From Podarcis melisellensis (Eukaryota): a DNA stretch of 64,000 bases. The position numbers and the translations under genes are program-made. Location: NCBI GenBank assembly GCA_964234715.1, contig OZ174284.1; one strand, given 5' to 3'. Shown here one piece after another: positions 12,461 to 25,164 of this stretch (its first letter is position 1; every line of letters starts with the position of its first letter). The notes beneath the pieces were generated by a model. The model was not told the DNA's origin. It did not search any database and saw only the letters and a list, made by a program, of their open reading frames with translations.

Positions 12461-14555
12461 AAGAACATTTCAGCAGGGACAGCATTAGAATCATGAATCA
12501 TGAATAGGACTGATGACATTAGTAAATTACATCATATTATTTAATATATCTTTAGGAGCTTATTAAGAGAATTGATGATATTCTCTAACCACATTATATT
12601 ACTTAATGTAATTACATATATTTGATGATAACAATGAAACGTTAATATTGAAGCAAAAAATATCAATAAAATGGTCGAAGAGGATATGTTTGAATCACCA
12701 CTTGCTTGACAAGAGTCCTGCTAGAGAACAAATAGCTGTGTGTGGCAGAAAAAGTAGGTTTCATTGAATTTCCATGCGGAACTGCTGCAACTTTTACAGG
12801 AGCAGATTGGAACACGTACAGTTTGATTGACTGATTCATGTGTTTCAGGAACAACAAAAACAAAATAGATTGAGACATTCTGTTTTCACTGAGGAATACC
12901 CAATTAAGGCAGATGAAATTTAGGATTTAAGAACATAAAAATAGCCCTGCCTGATCTCAGGAAAGGCACATTTTTGCAAAACCGCAAGCGAGACAGGAGG
13001 GGGAAAGCCTACCCCTGCTGCTTCCTCCCAGAAATTGGTATTCAAAATCATTCTTCCTCTGAACATGCAAGTAGCCACTGATAGACATATTCCCCATGAA
13101 TCTGTTCAACTCCTCTGGTTCCATGTCATTTATGTACATAAGAGTACCATACACACAGTTTAGGGGTCACAAATGCCTACTGTGGGTATAGTGATAGTTC
13201 TGCATAGTATAGTGATTGTTCTGCATGAACAGAAGTACTTTCCAAACTAAGGCAGCTCATATTTGCAGCCGTTGAACGATCTAGCAAAATGTACTTTAAA
13301 AATTGTTGTAGGGAAAACGGCTCAACAACTTATTATAGCTAAGCAACTTAAAAGCAGCTCATTTTGTACATACCTCTTCAGGTTAGCTCTTCGTTCTTCC
13401 CCAAACAGGGTAAAATATGGTTTGGGATGCTGCAAAAGAATGAGCTACAACTCAAACCATGTCGTTTCACAGATCCCCCAATGCCTGTATTATGAACTTG
13501 GTGGAAACAACCTCAGGATCCAGGAAGAACTGCAGGCACCAAGCAAAACTGAAGAAGCAGAGCTCACTCCATCAGCTCTGCTGCGACAGGCCAGCTCCAT
13601 CAGGCCTCCTCTCCCTTCAGCTGTCCTCTGGGCGAAGCCATTTCATCAGGCTGCCTCAGTGGGAAAGATAGGAAGCAGGGTACATTGCATCCACTTTTCT
13701 GGAGCCCCAGCTCCACCAGGGACCTCCTGCCTCTCAACTGTGCCTGAGTTTCAAGTTTTATTTTCCTCTATCCTCCTTGTTCCTTTTCCTTTGTGTGTTG
13801 TATTTTAAATTATTTATTTGAATGTAAGCCTGCAGGTAGGGAGTGTCTTGCTTTGATTTCATGTAACCTGCTCTGGAAGCCTTTTTTGGCTGCTCTAAAT
13901 AAATAAATGTGCTCTAAATAAATAAATAGATGTACACACACACCCATCTCTACAAAACAGAGTTCACGTGTAACAATAAGCAGCTAGGACTGCTGGCTTA
14001 TGGTGGATTGTTGTGCATAAGAAACTTCCTAGTTTATCACTCCTGCTTCATTCCTTCCCAGGAATGAGTAGAGAAACAAAGTAAGACATGGTTGTGCTCA
14101 ACCTCCCATTACATCCAAACCTAAGATCAAAGCATGTTGCACTCCAACAAGCCAGGTTTGGAAGCCAGGAACAAACCACGGTTTAAGGCTGGCTAGCAAT
14201 CATGGCTTGCACAACCCTGGGTTTGGTTATAACAAGAAGCCAAGTTTGGTTCTCCCAATTGTGTCAGAGGAGTAACGAAGCTGGAGTAAGCAAATAGTGT
14301 GTCTGCACACAATAAACCATGTTACACCAGCAACCCTAGTTACTTGTGACATAAGAATGTGGCCAAAGTACACCACAATTAGTGTGCATATTTAATCCGT
14401 ATTAGCTGTTAATATAGTTACTTCAGTGCCAAAGGCAGAAAAATACCACCTTTCCCCTTCCCTTGTGGTCAATGACAATTGCATATTAATTTGATAACAA
14501 TTTGTATTTTTTCTCTTTCGTAACACCCAAAACCTACTACTTGAGATGTCTAAAT

Positions 14556-14926
14556 GGTAAAGGACCCCTGGACATTTAAGTCCAGTCAAAGGCGACTATG
14601 GGGTGCGACGCTCATCTTGCTTCAGGCCAAGGGAGCTGGCGTTTGTCCACAGACAGCTTTCTGGGTCATGTGGCCAGCATGACTTAACTGCTTCTGGCAC
14701 AACGGAACACCGTGACGGAAGCCAGAGCGCACAGAAACGCCGTTTACCTTCCCGCCACAGTGGTACCTGTTTATCTACTTGCGCTGATGTACTTTCAAAC
14801 TACTAGGTTGGCAGGAGCTGGGACAGAGCAACGGGAGCTCACTCCATTGCGAGGATTCACACCGCCAACCTTCCGATCAGCAAGCCCCAGAGGCTCAGTG
14901 GTTTAGACCACAGTGCGACCTGCGTC
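14556..14926 (-). mobile_element. Sauria SINE
   Basis: Closely similar to the 10764 copy. Confidence 0.9.
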
Positions 14927-16274
14927 TACTGTACTCCACCTAATGGTAGAACCAGCCCTGATTGAAATGACACAGTCATACTGAAATAGTATTTGTTCTA
15001 GATCACATTGGTTAAAGGATTCAAACTGCCATGAAACTTTAGTAGTTATGGAATGATTTCCTCCTACCTGAGGTATTTTTCTTTCTGACACAGAAAGGAA
15101 TGTACCTAGATTCCACCAAGCGCTAAGTGTCTTTCTGGTTCAGAATATATTTTTGATAATAGATAATATAAGTCCACACATAAAGGCCATGACAAACTCT
15201 ACAATATTTCAATCTTTAATTATTTAAGGGTGTTGTAACAATTATTCCCCTATGAAAGCATTAGCACTGAAGAACAGCACATTTATTGTCATATAAAACA
15301 CTTCCACATCAATGGTTAATTCCAAACAGCAATCCAAAAACAAAGGATGAATTAATAAAAGCACATTTAATTATTAACAATTATGAAGCCACGAAAGACA
15401 AATGACACAACAATTAAATCAAAAAGCAATTATTTTGCATAGACACCAAGTAGTATCCATATAATTAAATTAAATTATCAGACATAAATTATTATTTATT
15501 ATTTTATTCTGTTAACTACAAGGTAATAGAACATTAACATGGACATTTTTAAACAATAACAACAACAACAATACAATCAACACATTAAACTTGTTTGAGA
15601 ATTTTAGAAATGTCTATTTTGTTCTCCTTTTTCAACACAATTATGCGCTGGATGGAGTGTCAAGTGTTTAGAGTCTTTTGATTTCATTGTATGAATTATG
15701 TCAGACACTGGCAGATCATTCTTTTCTCCCAAAGCATTAAATAAAATCAGCAATCAGCGTATAGTAAGACTGAAGTTAGTAAACAAATCATTGGACAAAT
15801 ATCAGTAATGAGGTATTCTGACGCTTGACAATATTCAGCAGCAGAGGAAGAAGTACGTAGTTGGTTTTGAAAGCAAGATCCTGACTTCCCTTTTAATATA
15901 AAAGACTATTAAAAATATAAATACTTTCAGGCACTATAATAAGTGAGTGGAGGCACTTTTATGACAGAAAATTCCATCTTTACATTAACACGGGTCAAAT
16001 AAATATTCTTTTACTTATATATACTTCATCTGACTCCAAGGACTACTGAAGCCAAGAACAGATGGTGGCCCCTGACGTAATGGTGAAAGGGGTTGAAATA
16101 TATAAACACAGAAGAGGATTGATAATATCTACTGCTTCTTGATCTACAAAATAAAAGGAAGCTAAAAACTGCACAGTAAATCTTATTTGTACATAATTTC
16201 AATAAACAGAATTAGTTACATCCTGAGCAAGTTAGTTGCACTTGGACCCCACTGACAACAAGGAGAAATATCAC

Positions 16275-16523
16275 GAGGAGAAGGAGTTTGGATTTGATAT
16301 CCCGCTTTATCACTACCCAAAGGAGTCTCAGAGTGGCTAACATTCTCCTTTCCCTTCCTCCCCCACAACAAACACTCTGTGAGGTGAGTGAGGCTGAGAG
16401 ACTTCACAGAAGTGTGACTAGCCCAAGGTCACCCAGCAGCTGCATGTGGAGGAGCGGGGAAGCGAACCCGGTTCACCAGATTACGAGACTACCGCTCTTA
16501 ACCACTACACCACACTGGCTCTC
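16275..16523 (-). mobile_element. tRNA-derived CORE-type SINE (Squam3-like)
   Basis: Minus-strand head GCCAGTGTGGTGTAGTGGTTAAGAGC with B-box-like GGTTCGCTTCC; core-like GTGACCTTGGGCTAGTCAC; TCC-rich tail. Confidence 0.8.
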
Positions 16524-18739
16524 AGCAATCATGACTAACTTCCCACTGATTTTAATGGAGCCCAAATGCAATGAACTTGCTCTGGATCCAGCCCAATGTA
16601 CTGCTGAATTAATGCATTTAGGATAAAAATGTCAGTTCACTTATAAAGCCTTATGAGAGAGAACAGAAACCCATCTAGGAGTAAATACAGAAGTTCACAG
16701 CTTCACCAAGTTGGTTGGTTACTTCCATTCACATGAGAGGGTATTGGAGCTACAAATGAAGACAAAAGTAGCTTCACATATTCTAATAAACTTAGAGCCT
16801 AAATAATTTTCTATTGCATTTACTTTTAACTGAGTAAAACTATTATTCTTTCCAGTACTGGCGGCTTTGCCATGTCTTGATCTTATTTTCATTTATGTTC
16901 TAGAATCCATGCCTCGCTAATTGGGTTACTGGCATATTCATGCATTAGTTCCAACATCATTAGTTTTTACCATTTCAGAGAGTCATTAAGGAAAATAAAT
17001 ATTACGAGGTATGACCCAGACACATCTTTAGCACCACTGAATTCAAATGGAGAGAATTCAGCCAGAGTTTAATTTTACAATTTTACAATTGTAATGAGTG
17101 CAATTTAAGCATGGAAATGCTTTGCAAAATATTCTGGTGCTGAATGTTCAGTATGCTTTAGATTGAAAGTTCTATTTGCAGCATGAAAAGGTTTTAAGAA
17201 TTACTTAAATATTTTTGGGCATATAAAATATTTCTTTATAAAATTGACTTCGAAACAGCGGAAGAAAAATAACTGCAAATGGATATTATAGTATTAACCT
17301 GATAGATATTGACATAGTTAAAGAGAATGCTGAACAATTTTGCTTGCAAAATTGTTGTTAATAAAACCAGAGGCTTCTAATAAATGCAGTGAGTTTTCCA
17401 GCACGATCTGCTTAGCTAGACTAATCAGTGTTGTTCTGTTATCCAGTAACTCCCACTATCCAATTCTACTCCCAAAATAATAGTATTGTGATTATGCTAA
17501 GAACATGACTCAAGCATCTTTAACTACAACCTACTTAGGGCTCATCCATGCTTACCTTAGCTCCGCACAGGTCTGAACTTTCCAAGTCTGAGTGTCTGAG
17601 CGCTTTTGTTTCTTGCCCCAGCACTTTCTCCATGAAAACCTGCTCTTTACCATTGAATCGGAGCAAATGGCAATCTGCAGAAAACCTGAAGTGCTGTTTG
17701 CTCCAATTCAGTGGTAAAGATTGGGTTTTCCTGAGGGAAAATAGCACTTGGGCACACACTGGGAAAGTGCAAACCTGTGTGGTAAGCATGGATAAGCCCA
17801 TTAACTGCTTAACTTTGGCTGGATAATTCACATTTTTTGGGAGGGGAATGGCACTTGTGAAAGCATCAATGGCAATAGCTATGTATGTTTTTGGTACAAC
17901 CAAGGTGTGATCTTGTTCAAACACAACAATAAAACATGCCTTGTTGCTCTCCCCTTTGTGTGTGAAGGGAGGAGACTTAAATCTCATTGGTTTGTTCTAA
18001 ACCATTTTTTCCCCATTTCATCTGAACTCAGGCAACTGCAGTCTGTACAAACCAGGAATAGATACTTTAAATATCCTTACTCACACACAAATAAGACGGG
18101 GGGGGGGAGGCGGGGACACAATCCCTAGACATGTGCAGACTAATGCTTATAACTTCAAATCAAAATCTATCTGAACCATAAAATGAAGGCTGTTGTATTT
18201 TATACACAATGCAGTATTATACATATTTCTGTAGCCAACAAATATGAGTCTTTATCACACACTGTATGGATGGCATGGTATACATTACTGAATATAAGGC
18301 AAGCCAGCTATATACACAACAAAGAGTGTTCATTATTTTCTATGTACAAAAATAAATATGTAGAAAACATTATAGACTTTTACGCTGACTTTTAAACAAG
18401 TCCCCCTTTTCGTTGTCTTCAAAACCAGTTAGTAACAAAAAGCTTAGTCACTCTTGATGATCAGAAACCTACATGTTTGTTCCCACACCCTAGAGTGTAC
18501 AAAGCATCAACTTGACTTCTATTAGAGTCACTGAAATTGCCACCATTGACTAGCCACTTCCAAGGCTTGTAGCAATGCAGCAGTTACAGGGGTTTACACC
18601 AAGTAGCAAACTACATATACAAAATGCATGCTGAATGCACTGTTCTTCTTGTATTTAAACAAAACTTCTACTTAATAAACAAAAAGGCAAAGGGGAAAGG
18701 AAGAAAGTAAAATAAACATGATAGTGAATACTACCGTAC

Positions 18740-18916
18740 CGATTTCCATGGTCCACGATGCCATGAAACTTCAACAGGACACGCATGTATGTTGCACTGT
18801 GCTCTTTCAGGTGGTTTCTCTAACAGTTCACAGTTTTGATCATTCAGCACTTGACCATTTGCAAGCTGACAGATCACCAGTCGTGTCTTTATTCCATCGC
18901 CACATGTCTGAGTACA
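18740..18916 (-). CDS. ADAMTS20: ADAMTS20 exon 28 (TSR)
   Basis: CTQTCGDGIKTRLVICQ...CNIHACPVEVSWHRGPWKS, 177 nt; donor G|GTACGG. Confidence 0.95.
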
Positions 18917-19785
18917 CTGGAAGTTAAATACAGATCAGCATTTTCATGAATGGCACTGTTATCAAGAAGAGCCTGTAGTTTATTGCTAATAATTTTAATT
19001 ATCAAAGACATCTGTATTCCTTATTCCAATCAGCTGTGTGTGGCATTCATTGGGCTTATCCTTTCCATATGAGGAAAACAAAACTGGTGTAGCCATTTCT
19101 TTTACATAAATGTGTATACTGCCTGGTTATCTAGAACTGGTGTTTTTTTTGTAAGGAAAATAGCTATATTAGCGTTGTTCTTACGTGGTTAGGCTGATAC
19201 AAGGTGATTGATCCAAGGTCACTTCATGGGTGAGTGGAAATGTAAACCCTGGTTCCCCAGGTCCTAGCCCAACAGTCTAAGAACAACTACTATGAGTATT
19301 ACCATAGAATGCTTTTTCAAAAAAGAACTAGCTAAAAGAGGAAGCCTATATGGGTCTAATGGGTTTACTCCCAGCAAGTGTAGTGAGTTGCAGCCTGTTT
19401 TATATACCTGTAGAAAAGGCGTACAATAAAGAAGACATAGATATTTGAGAAGCATGACACAAAATGACAGGTGAAAACAGAAGAAGATAAGGGGGGGGTG
19501 GATTATTGGAAATGAGATGGAATATCCACTGTTAAAAATACAACAGACAGCAGTGAAATTAACGTTTCTTTACTATGCTAAAACATCTGCAAGTCAGCCT
19601 CATTCTCATTCCCTACTTGTGAACCAGGGCTGGGTTTGTCTAGAAAATGGACTAAATTGGTAACAAATGTTATATTGCTGGGTTCATAATGCTGCGTGGA
19701 ATTTGTCTAACATCAAATAGTAAGTTAGAAAGCATTAATAGAAATAAATACTCTTTTTTAACCAAATGGAGTCTAATCATCTTAC

Positions 19786-19947
19786 TTCTCCCCAGTCCCC
19801 ATAGTTCCATCTTGGACAGGGACCAGAATCGCAATGGCTGGAGTCAGGTGGTTTCAGTGCTTCATCACAGAAGCTAGCACTTCTTCCTTCCTCATCTTGG
19901 CACACCACGACCCGGCGGTGAAATCCACCAGCACAAGTACTTGAGCA
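19786..19947 (-). CDS. ADAMTS20: ADAMTS20 exon 27 (TSR)
   Basis: [21 protein letters not shown]...[13 protein letters not shown], 162 nt. Confidence 0.95.
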
Positions 19948-20635
19948 CTAGGAGGCAATAAACACAATATGCTGCCCTAGTTGTGTGAATACCAAAAGAA
20001 TACAATGATCCAGTTCACACTTAGCACAAAACGCAGTGGATACACACAGGTGTGTTGGGTCGAGGAAATGAGATCAGAGTCCCTTTGCTCCATCTTTGGT
20101 CCTGCATCTGCTGTGGTGGCTGTGAGCCGCTCTGAGCCCAGCTCCGGTAGGGGAGGACGGGATACAAATAAAAACTTATTATTATTGGCTAAGTGTGCCA
20201 ACTGAATTCAGGCATGAGGTTTGTGGTGCTTCAGACAAACCAGGAGCTGCAACAAAGGCTTGCTCTTGGCTTACAGTTTGTGGTTTGTATGGAGTAGACA
20301 AAGTACAAGCTTGGGTTCAGACAGCACACAAAGTACAACCATGGCTTAGCTCACAGCTGCACCGCAGCAGCAGGTCTATAGGAGGAGCAAAGTGGCAGCA
20401 ATCTCCTCTCTGGAAGACTGTATTTTCACACTATGCCATCCTTCAGTTTAGAGCAAGGAAGGAGAACCTGGTTTGCACCTAAAATATAACATCAGGGTTA
20501 TATATAGTTGTGGTGTTCAGTGAGGGAAGGGAAACATGTAAGGAAGATTACAGTATATGTGTTGACAGTTTGCATGTGGACACCTCTGGATCAGGGACCT
20601 ACAGGATGGAAAAAGTGAACGGCAGCAAGATCTGT

Positions 20636-20990
20636 TCACCTTTAAAGCCCTAAAAGGCCTCGGCCCAGTATAGCTGAAAGAGTGTCTCCACCCCCATCGT
20701 TCAGCCTGGACACTGAGGTCCAGCTCCGAGGGCCTTCTTGCGGTTCCCTCACGGTAAGAAGTGGGGTTACAGGGAACCAGGCAGAGGGCCTTCTCGGTAG
20801 TGGTGCCTGCCCTGTGGAACACCCTCCCATCAGATGTCAAGGAAATAAACAACTATCTGACTTTTAGAAGATATATGAAGGCAGCTCTGTTTGATATTTT
20901 ATCACCTTTTTTCTGTTGGGAGCTGCCCAGAGTGGCTGGGGAAACCCAGCCAGATGGGTGGGGTAATCATCATCATCATCATCATCATCA
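20636..20990 (+). mobile_element. L2 LINE 3' end with (CAT)n tail
   Basis: RAFSVVVPALWNTLP...FRRYMKAALF; same family as 3740. Confidence 0.85.
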
Positions 20991-21031
20991 AATGTTTGCA
21001 GAAAAATGTACACAGACAATGATTTACTTAC

Positions 21032-21322
21032 TGCTCCCCATGGTCCTGTTCTCCACTGGTTTCCTTGAGGAGAGTGGTGATTCCTTGAGTTTACATTGTC
21101 ATGTGAATCATGGACCTTGTGTATTGGAGGATAATCCTGGTGGTTTGGATGTTCACGTGTATCCGGATTGTGGTGATAAACTGGCTGGCAGGGTGGCATG
21201 TTACATTCTTGTTCTTTTGCAGGGTGGCCTTCGGGATCACAGTAATTCTCATCAATTTGTTGATGGTGGTTGACACAGACAACTTGCCTTGTTACTATTC
21301 CATTACCACATGTAACTGTGCA
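21032..21322 (-). CDS. ADAMTS20: ADAMTS20 exon 26 (TSR plus linker 2)
   Basis: CTVTCGNG...IDENYCDPE...GNQWRTGPWGA, 291 nt. Confidence 0.95.
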
Positions 21323-21570
21323 CTGACCAAAAATTAACCCAACATTTATGTGACACAACGTAACAGGAAAAAGTGATAACCAATGATTAACAATTATTTT
21401 TAAAAATTGCAATTAACAATTATCTACATTTGTGGAGCAAGGGTCAAAGCAACTCTACGCATGCCTCACCAGAAATTAAACATAGGAAGTCTTTCTACCT
21501 AGGTGTACACTGGCGTTCTAATATAAAATAGGAAAACAAAAAACGAAATGGGAAAAAGAGTAATATTTAC

Positions 21571-21735
21571 AGGTGACCAGCTTCCAGATTGCCAAACACC
21601 ACAGGGACTAAAGCAGCTTGAAAGTTCTTCGGGTCGTGGCAAATGTGCACAAAATGATTCTTCTGCTACTCTGCCATGACCATCCCGGCAGCTTACGTAA
21701 CGAGCGTGGTTCCCCTTCCCACAAGATGCGGAACA
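21571..21735 (-). CDS. ADAMTS20: ADAMTS20 exon 25 (TSR)
   Basis: CSASCGKGNHARYVSCRD...CAHLPRP...WQSGSWSP. Confidence 0.95.
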
Positions 21736-22502
21736 CTGCAAAGACAGACCAAAACTGTTCTAACCAAACAGGAACATACTCAGGACCCAGAGTGAAGAAA
21801 CCTCTCCTTCCCTAAGTGTAGCTAGGGTATGTTCCTTAGTTAGGGATGGCATGCTAGTCAGCTGGGCGCCTATGGTCAAATACTGCCAAATATTCAATGA
21901 AGTCAAGAATGTCACTGTGTAGTTGGCAGTTTACCTAGATTATTTTCATTATGGTGCCATTTGTTAGCACTTGACTCCCTAGCCCTGCAGCTGTCAAGGT
22001 AAGCCATCCTGCACAACAAGACTTCTTATAGTGGCCTTGCTTGAACCCCAACCGGAACAAAGGACCCTGACCAGGACGACCCATCTTACTCGGACAGCAG
22101 GTGGGCTGTTCTATTACTGATCCTTGCCCCATGCCAAGTCAACCCCATGTTCTTGCTGTAAATTGCAGCCTGTTTTTTTTTTTTAACCCACAACTAGTCT
22201 GCCTACCCATTATTCTGCTCCTGGGGACAAGGTGTCCTATGCATGGTGCACAATTTGAAACAAGAGATAAGACCAGCAAACAAATGCATAATGTTGTACT
22301 ATAAACGTTGCAAAACAAATGGGCTAAATTAATTTGCCGAAAAGCGATGCAGGAGTTTTTCATCTCTTTTTCATATCAAGAGAAGACAATTCTTAGGATC
22401 TTATCCTTATCCCAGTTTACATTTTGAAATGGAGAAGTTTAAGTAATTGTGAAATAAAGAAGGAAAATGCATGTTTGATTGCACCATTGCAACATCACTC
22501 AC

Positions 22503-22610
22503 TGGAGTCCATGATCCATATCTCCACTGAGCCGCTTTATCAGTCTGGATCACAGGAAGTGATGTTGGCCACAGCTTGATGGTCTCTGGACAAGAAGCCA
22601 TTTCACATTC
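22503..22610 (-). CDS. ADAMTS20: ADAMTS20 exon 24 (linker 1)
   Basis: ECEMASCP...AQWRYGSWTP, 108 nt. Confidence 0.94.
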
Positions 22611-22722
22611 CTAAAGGTGACAAAGTACATTTTGGAAACATGAGATGGCTGGTAGGGTAGAATAAAACTCACTTAATTGTTATTTTTTCACAGCACTTTC
22701 TCTAAATACTTGTTTTGCTTAC

Positions 22723-22845
22723 TTGGCTGTCTCCTGGACGAATTGCAGCGCTGCACTCTCTGTTATCGTCCAAAATAGTTCCATAAATGCTAGCAACACA
22801 TTTGACTGCACGCACTTGATACCCATGCCCACATGTGACAGAGCA
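22723..22845 (-). CDS. ADAMTS20: ADAMTS20 exon 23 (TSR)
   Basis: [17 protein letters not shown]...RPGDSQ, 123 nt. Confidence 0.94.
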
Positions 22846-23297
22846 CTAAACACAAACAATTCCATAAAGATAGAACAGATTAGACTTAGGATCCACAGAG
22901 ATAAATGGAAAATTCTTCAGTTCCAACTGTTGCTAACCATGTATTCCTCTTCTTAAATTTCTACAATGGATTCCTATACTGCTTTGAATGAATTTGAAGG
23001 TTCTAGCTCTTGCCTTTAGAGCTCTCTATCTCCTGGTTCTCTTTCTCTCTATATATATTCTCTTCTCCCATAAGTTCCTCCATTGCCTGTTTGTCAAGTT
23101 CTCCACCTGATCCTCAAAGTCTTTCATCAAATATTCTTAGGCCATGTACAAAGACTTAGGCTGTAATAAAGATTTTTTGGAGCATCGTTAACCTCAGTGT
23201 ACCTGTCCCCCTGTCTTTACAGAAATGGTTTAAGAAGAAGCATTTTAGTGGTGAAATGCTTGAAAATAATATTATGTAAGGACTTCTATGTACTCAC

Positions 23298-23462
23298 TGC
23301 TCCCCAGGGTCCCACTTGCCAAGCTGCACATTCATTAAGTTCACATGCTGTCACTGAATGTGGCATAGAGTTTGGATTGCAGAAAACGTTTTCCAGTTGT
23401 TCGTCATTCAGTTGACACCATACTTGTCGATGCCTCATTCCCTTCCCACAAGTCACAGGACA
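23298..23462 (-). CDS. ADAMTS20: ADAMTS20 exon 22 (TSR)
   Basis: CPVTCGKGMRHRQVWCQLN...CAAWQVGPWGA, 165 nt. Confidence 0.95.
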
Positions 23463-24061
23463 CTAGGCAGAGTATCAGAGATGGTAAAAGGATTTGAGTG
23501 TTATTTGTTGATTGATTCATGCAGCTTTTATATTACATCTCCTCCTCCAACAAGGCTCTTGGAAGTAACAAACAAAGTAATAAAATCTGCATAAGTAAAA
23601 AGAAAAATCCTAACTTTTATTATCACCCGCTATAAGTTCCTCACACTAATAGCATGTTAAACCTATGTTAAAAGCACAAAAATCAGCAAACCTATCATGC
23701 CACTCCCTGCCAGGTGTCTGACAGCTGTTTTAGAGGTGGGTGCCTGCCACTGCCACTTTTAAATGTGAGTCAAGCTTTGCTCCCATCCATGGCAACCTAA
23801 AATGTACTGTCCAGCCCACAGAATTATGAAATATATTGATTTTAAGTGAGGAGTGGGAGCTGGGTAAGTAATGAGTTTGGGCAAAAGGAATTTAAGTTGA
23901 GAAGGGATCCTAGGATGATGAGAACTCCAAACTCAGCCTAAAGGCGCAGTTCACCAGGAATCTCTGGCAATAAGAGACCTATTGGCATTCTGAGTATCCT
24001 TAGCACCGAGTGGAAAGGGCTTAATGGCTTCAAAACAGTGAAGTCAATCTGCACACATTAC

Positions 24062-24226
24062 CTCGCTCCAATCACTAGTGGTCCAGCTGGGGCACAAGAA
24101 CTCGTTGCAGCTCTCCGTAATAATCTTTGGAAGTTCGTGACACTCTCTATCTGCCAGCCGGCGGCCAAAGTTGTTCATACAAAAAGCTTCTCTGGTTCTC
24201 GCACCTCGTCCACAACTCCTCGAACA
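24062..24226 (-). CDS. ADAMTS20: ADAMTS20 exon 21 (TSR)
   Basis: CSRSCGRGARTREAFCMNNFG...CPSWTTSDWSE, 165 nt. Confidence 0.95.
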
Positions 24227-24520
24227 CTGGTTTAATCGAGAAAAGACAAGAAACCTATTATTATAAAATAAACAAGTGTGTGTTAAGGAATAGAAGCACA
24301 GATATACATCAATGCATGCTTTGGGCTGGAAAAGATTTAGCATCTTGTTCTGCGGTTGTTATAAACTGTTGAATGAATGCTTAAAAAAAATTCTTATGTT
24401 CGAAAACAGCCGGTGGTTTACACACGAATGGAGCTTTCTGTTGCTTATCAGAAAATACAGTGAGGCTACAGGACACTTTTTAATGCAAAAGCGAATCATA
24501 GGAAGGTTCTAGATCTGTAC

Positions 24521-24731
24521 CTCGGACCATCCTGTGTAATGCCAGCTTGTTAGAAGACAGTCTCCATGACAGGGTTCTCGGATTGGTGGTTTCTGTTGAT
24601 CAGCACAGTATTTATCATCCACTGGAACACTCAGTCCCTTTGAAACAGAGTACTTCATACAGTGGATGTCTAAAGATCGAAACCCCGGGCCACACCGAGT
24701 TGAACACTCACTTTTGCCAGTGTTATGCCAC
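24521..24731 (-). CDS. ADAMTS20: ADAMTS20 exon 20 (TSR)
   Basis: WHNTGKSECSTRCGPGFRSLDIHCMKYS...CHGDCLLTSWHYTGWSE. Confidence 0.94.
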
Positions 24732-25037
24732 CTATAAGTATAAACTATTATATAAAACTAAATATGTTTTAGTGTGTAAAGGTAACCTAAATTATGAAGG
24801 TCTTCAAATAGAATGGGGAGCAAACAAACAAACATTAAGCTTACTTTTTATTATTTGTAATCATTCAATGCAAGAAACAAAAACTCAAGGAATTTTTTAA
24901 ACACTTAAGGAAATCATATAAAAAAAAATCCAAACACAGTGAATTAAATGAGTTTGTGGAACACAAAAGGAAATCCAGAATATGTAACAGTTTGAGTTAA
25001 CGTTAATCTAGTCATACAATTTGATAAATGTTTATAC

Positions 25038-25164
25038 CTTAATTCACATTCTGTATTACACTGTTCTGTTACGGCTGTGGGACGGGTTATATGCTCACAT
25101 CTTTGGTCAGAGACCACCAAATGATCACTCCTTCGTATGCATGTAACCTTCCTCCTGTGAAGAC
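25038..25164 (-). CDS. ADAMTS20: ADAMTS20 exon 19 (TSR)
   Basis: LHRRKVTCIRRSDHLVVSDQRC...CNTECEL. Confidence 0.94.

Noticed and set aside
20761-21273. 170-aa + strand ORF with poly-His
   Set aside because: Chimera of an L2 ORF2 end, a (CAT)n tail and the antisense of exon 26
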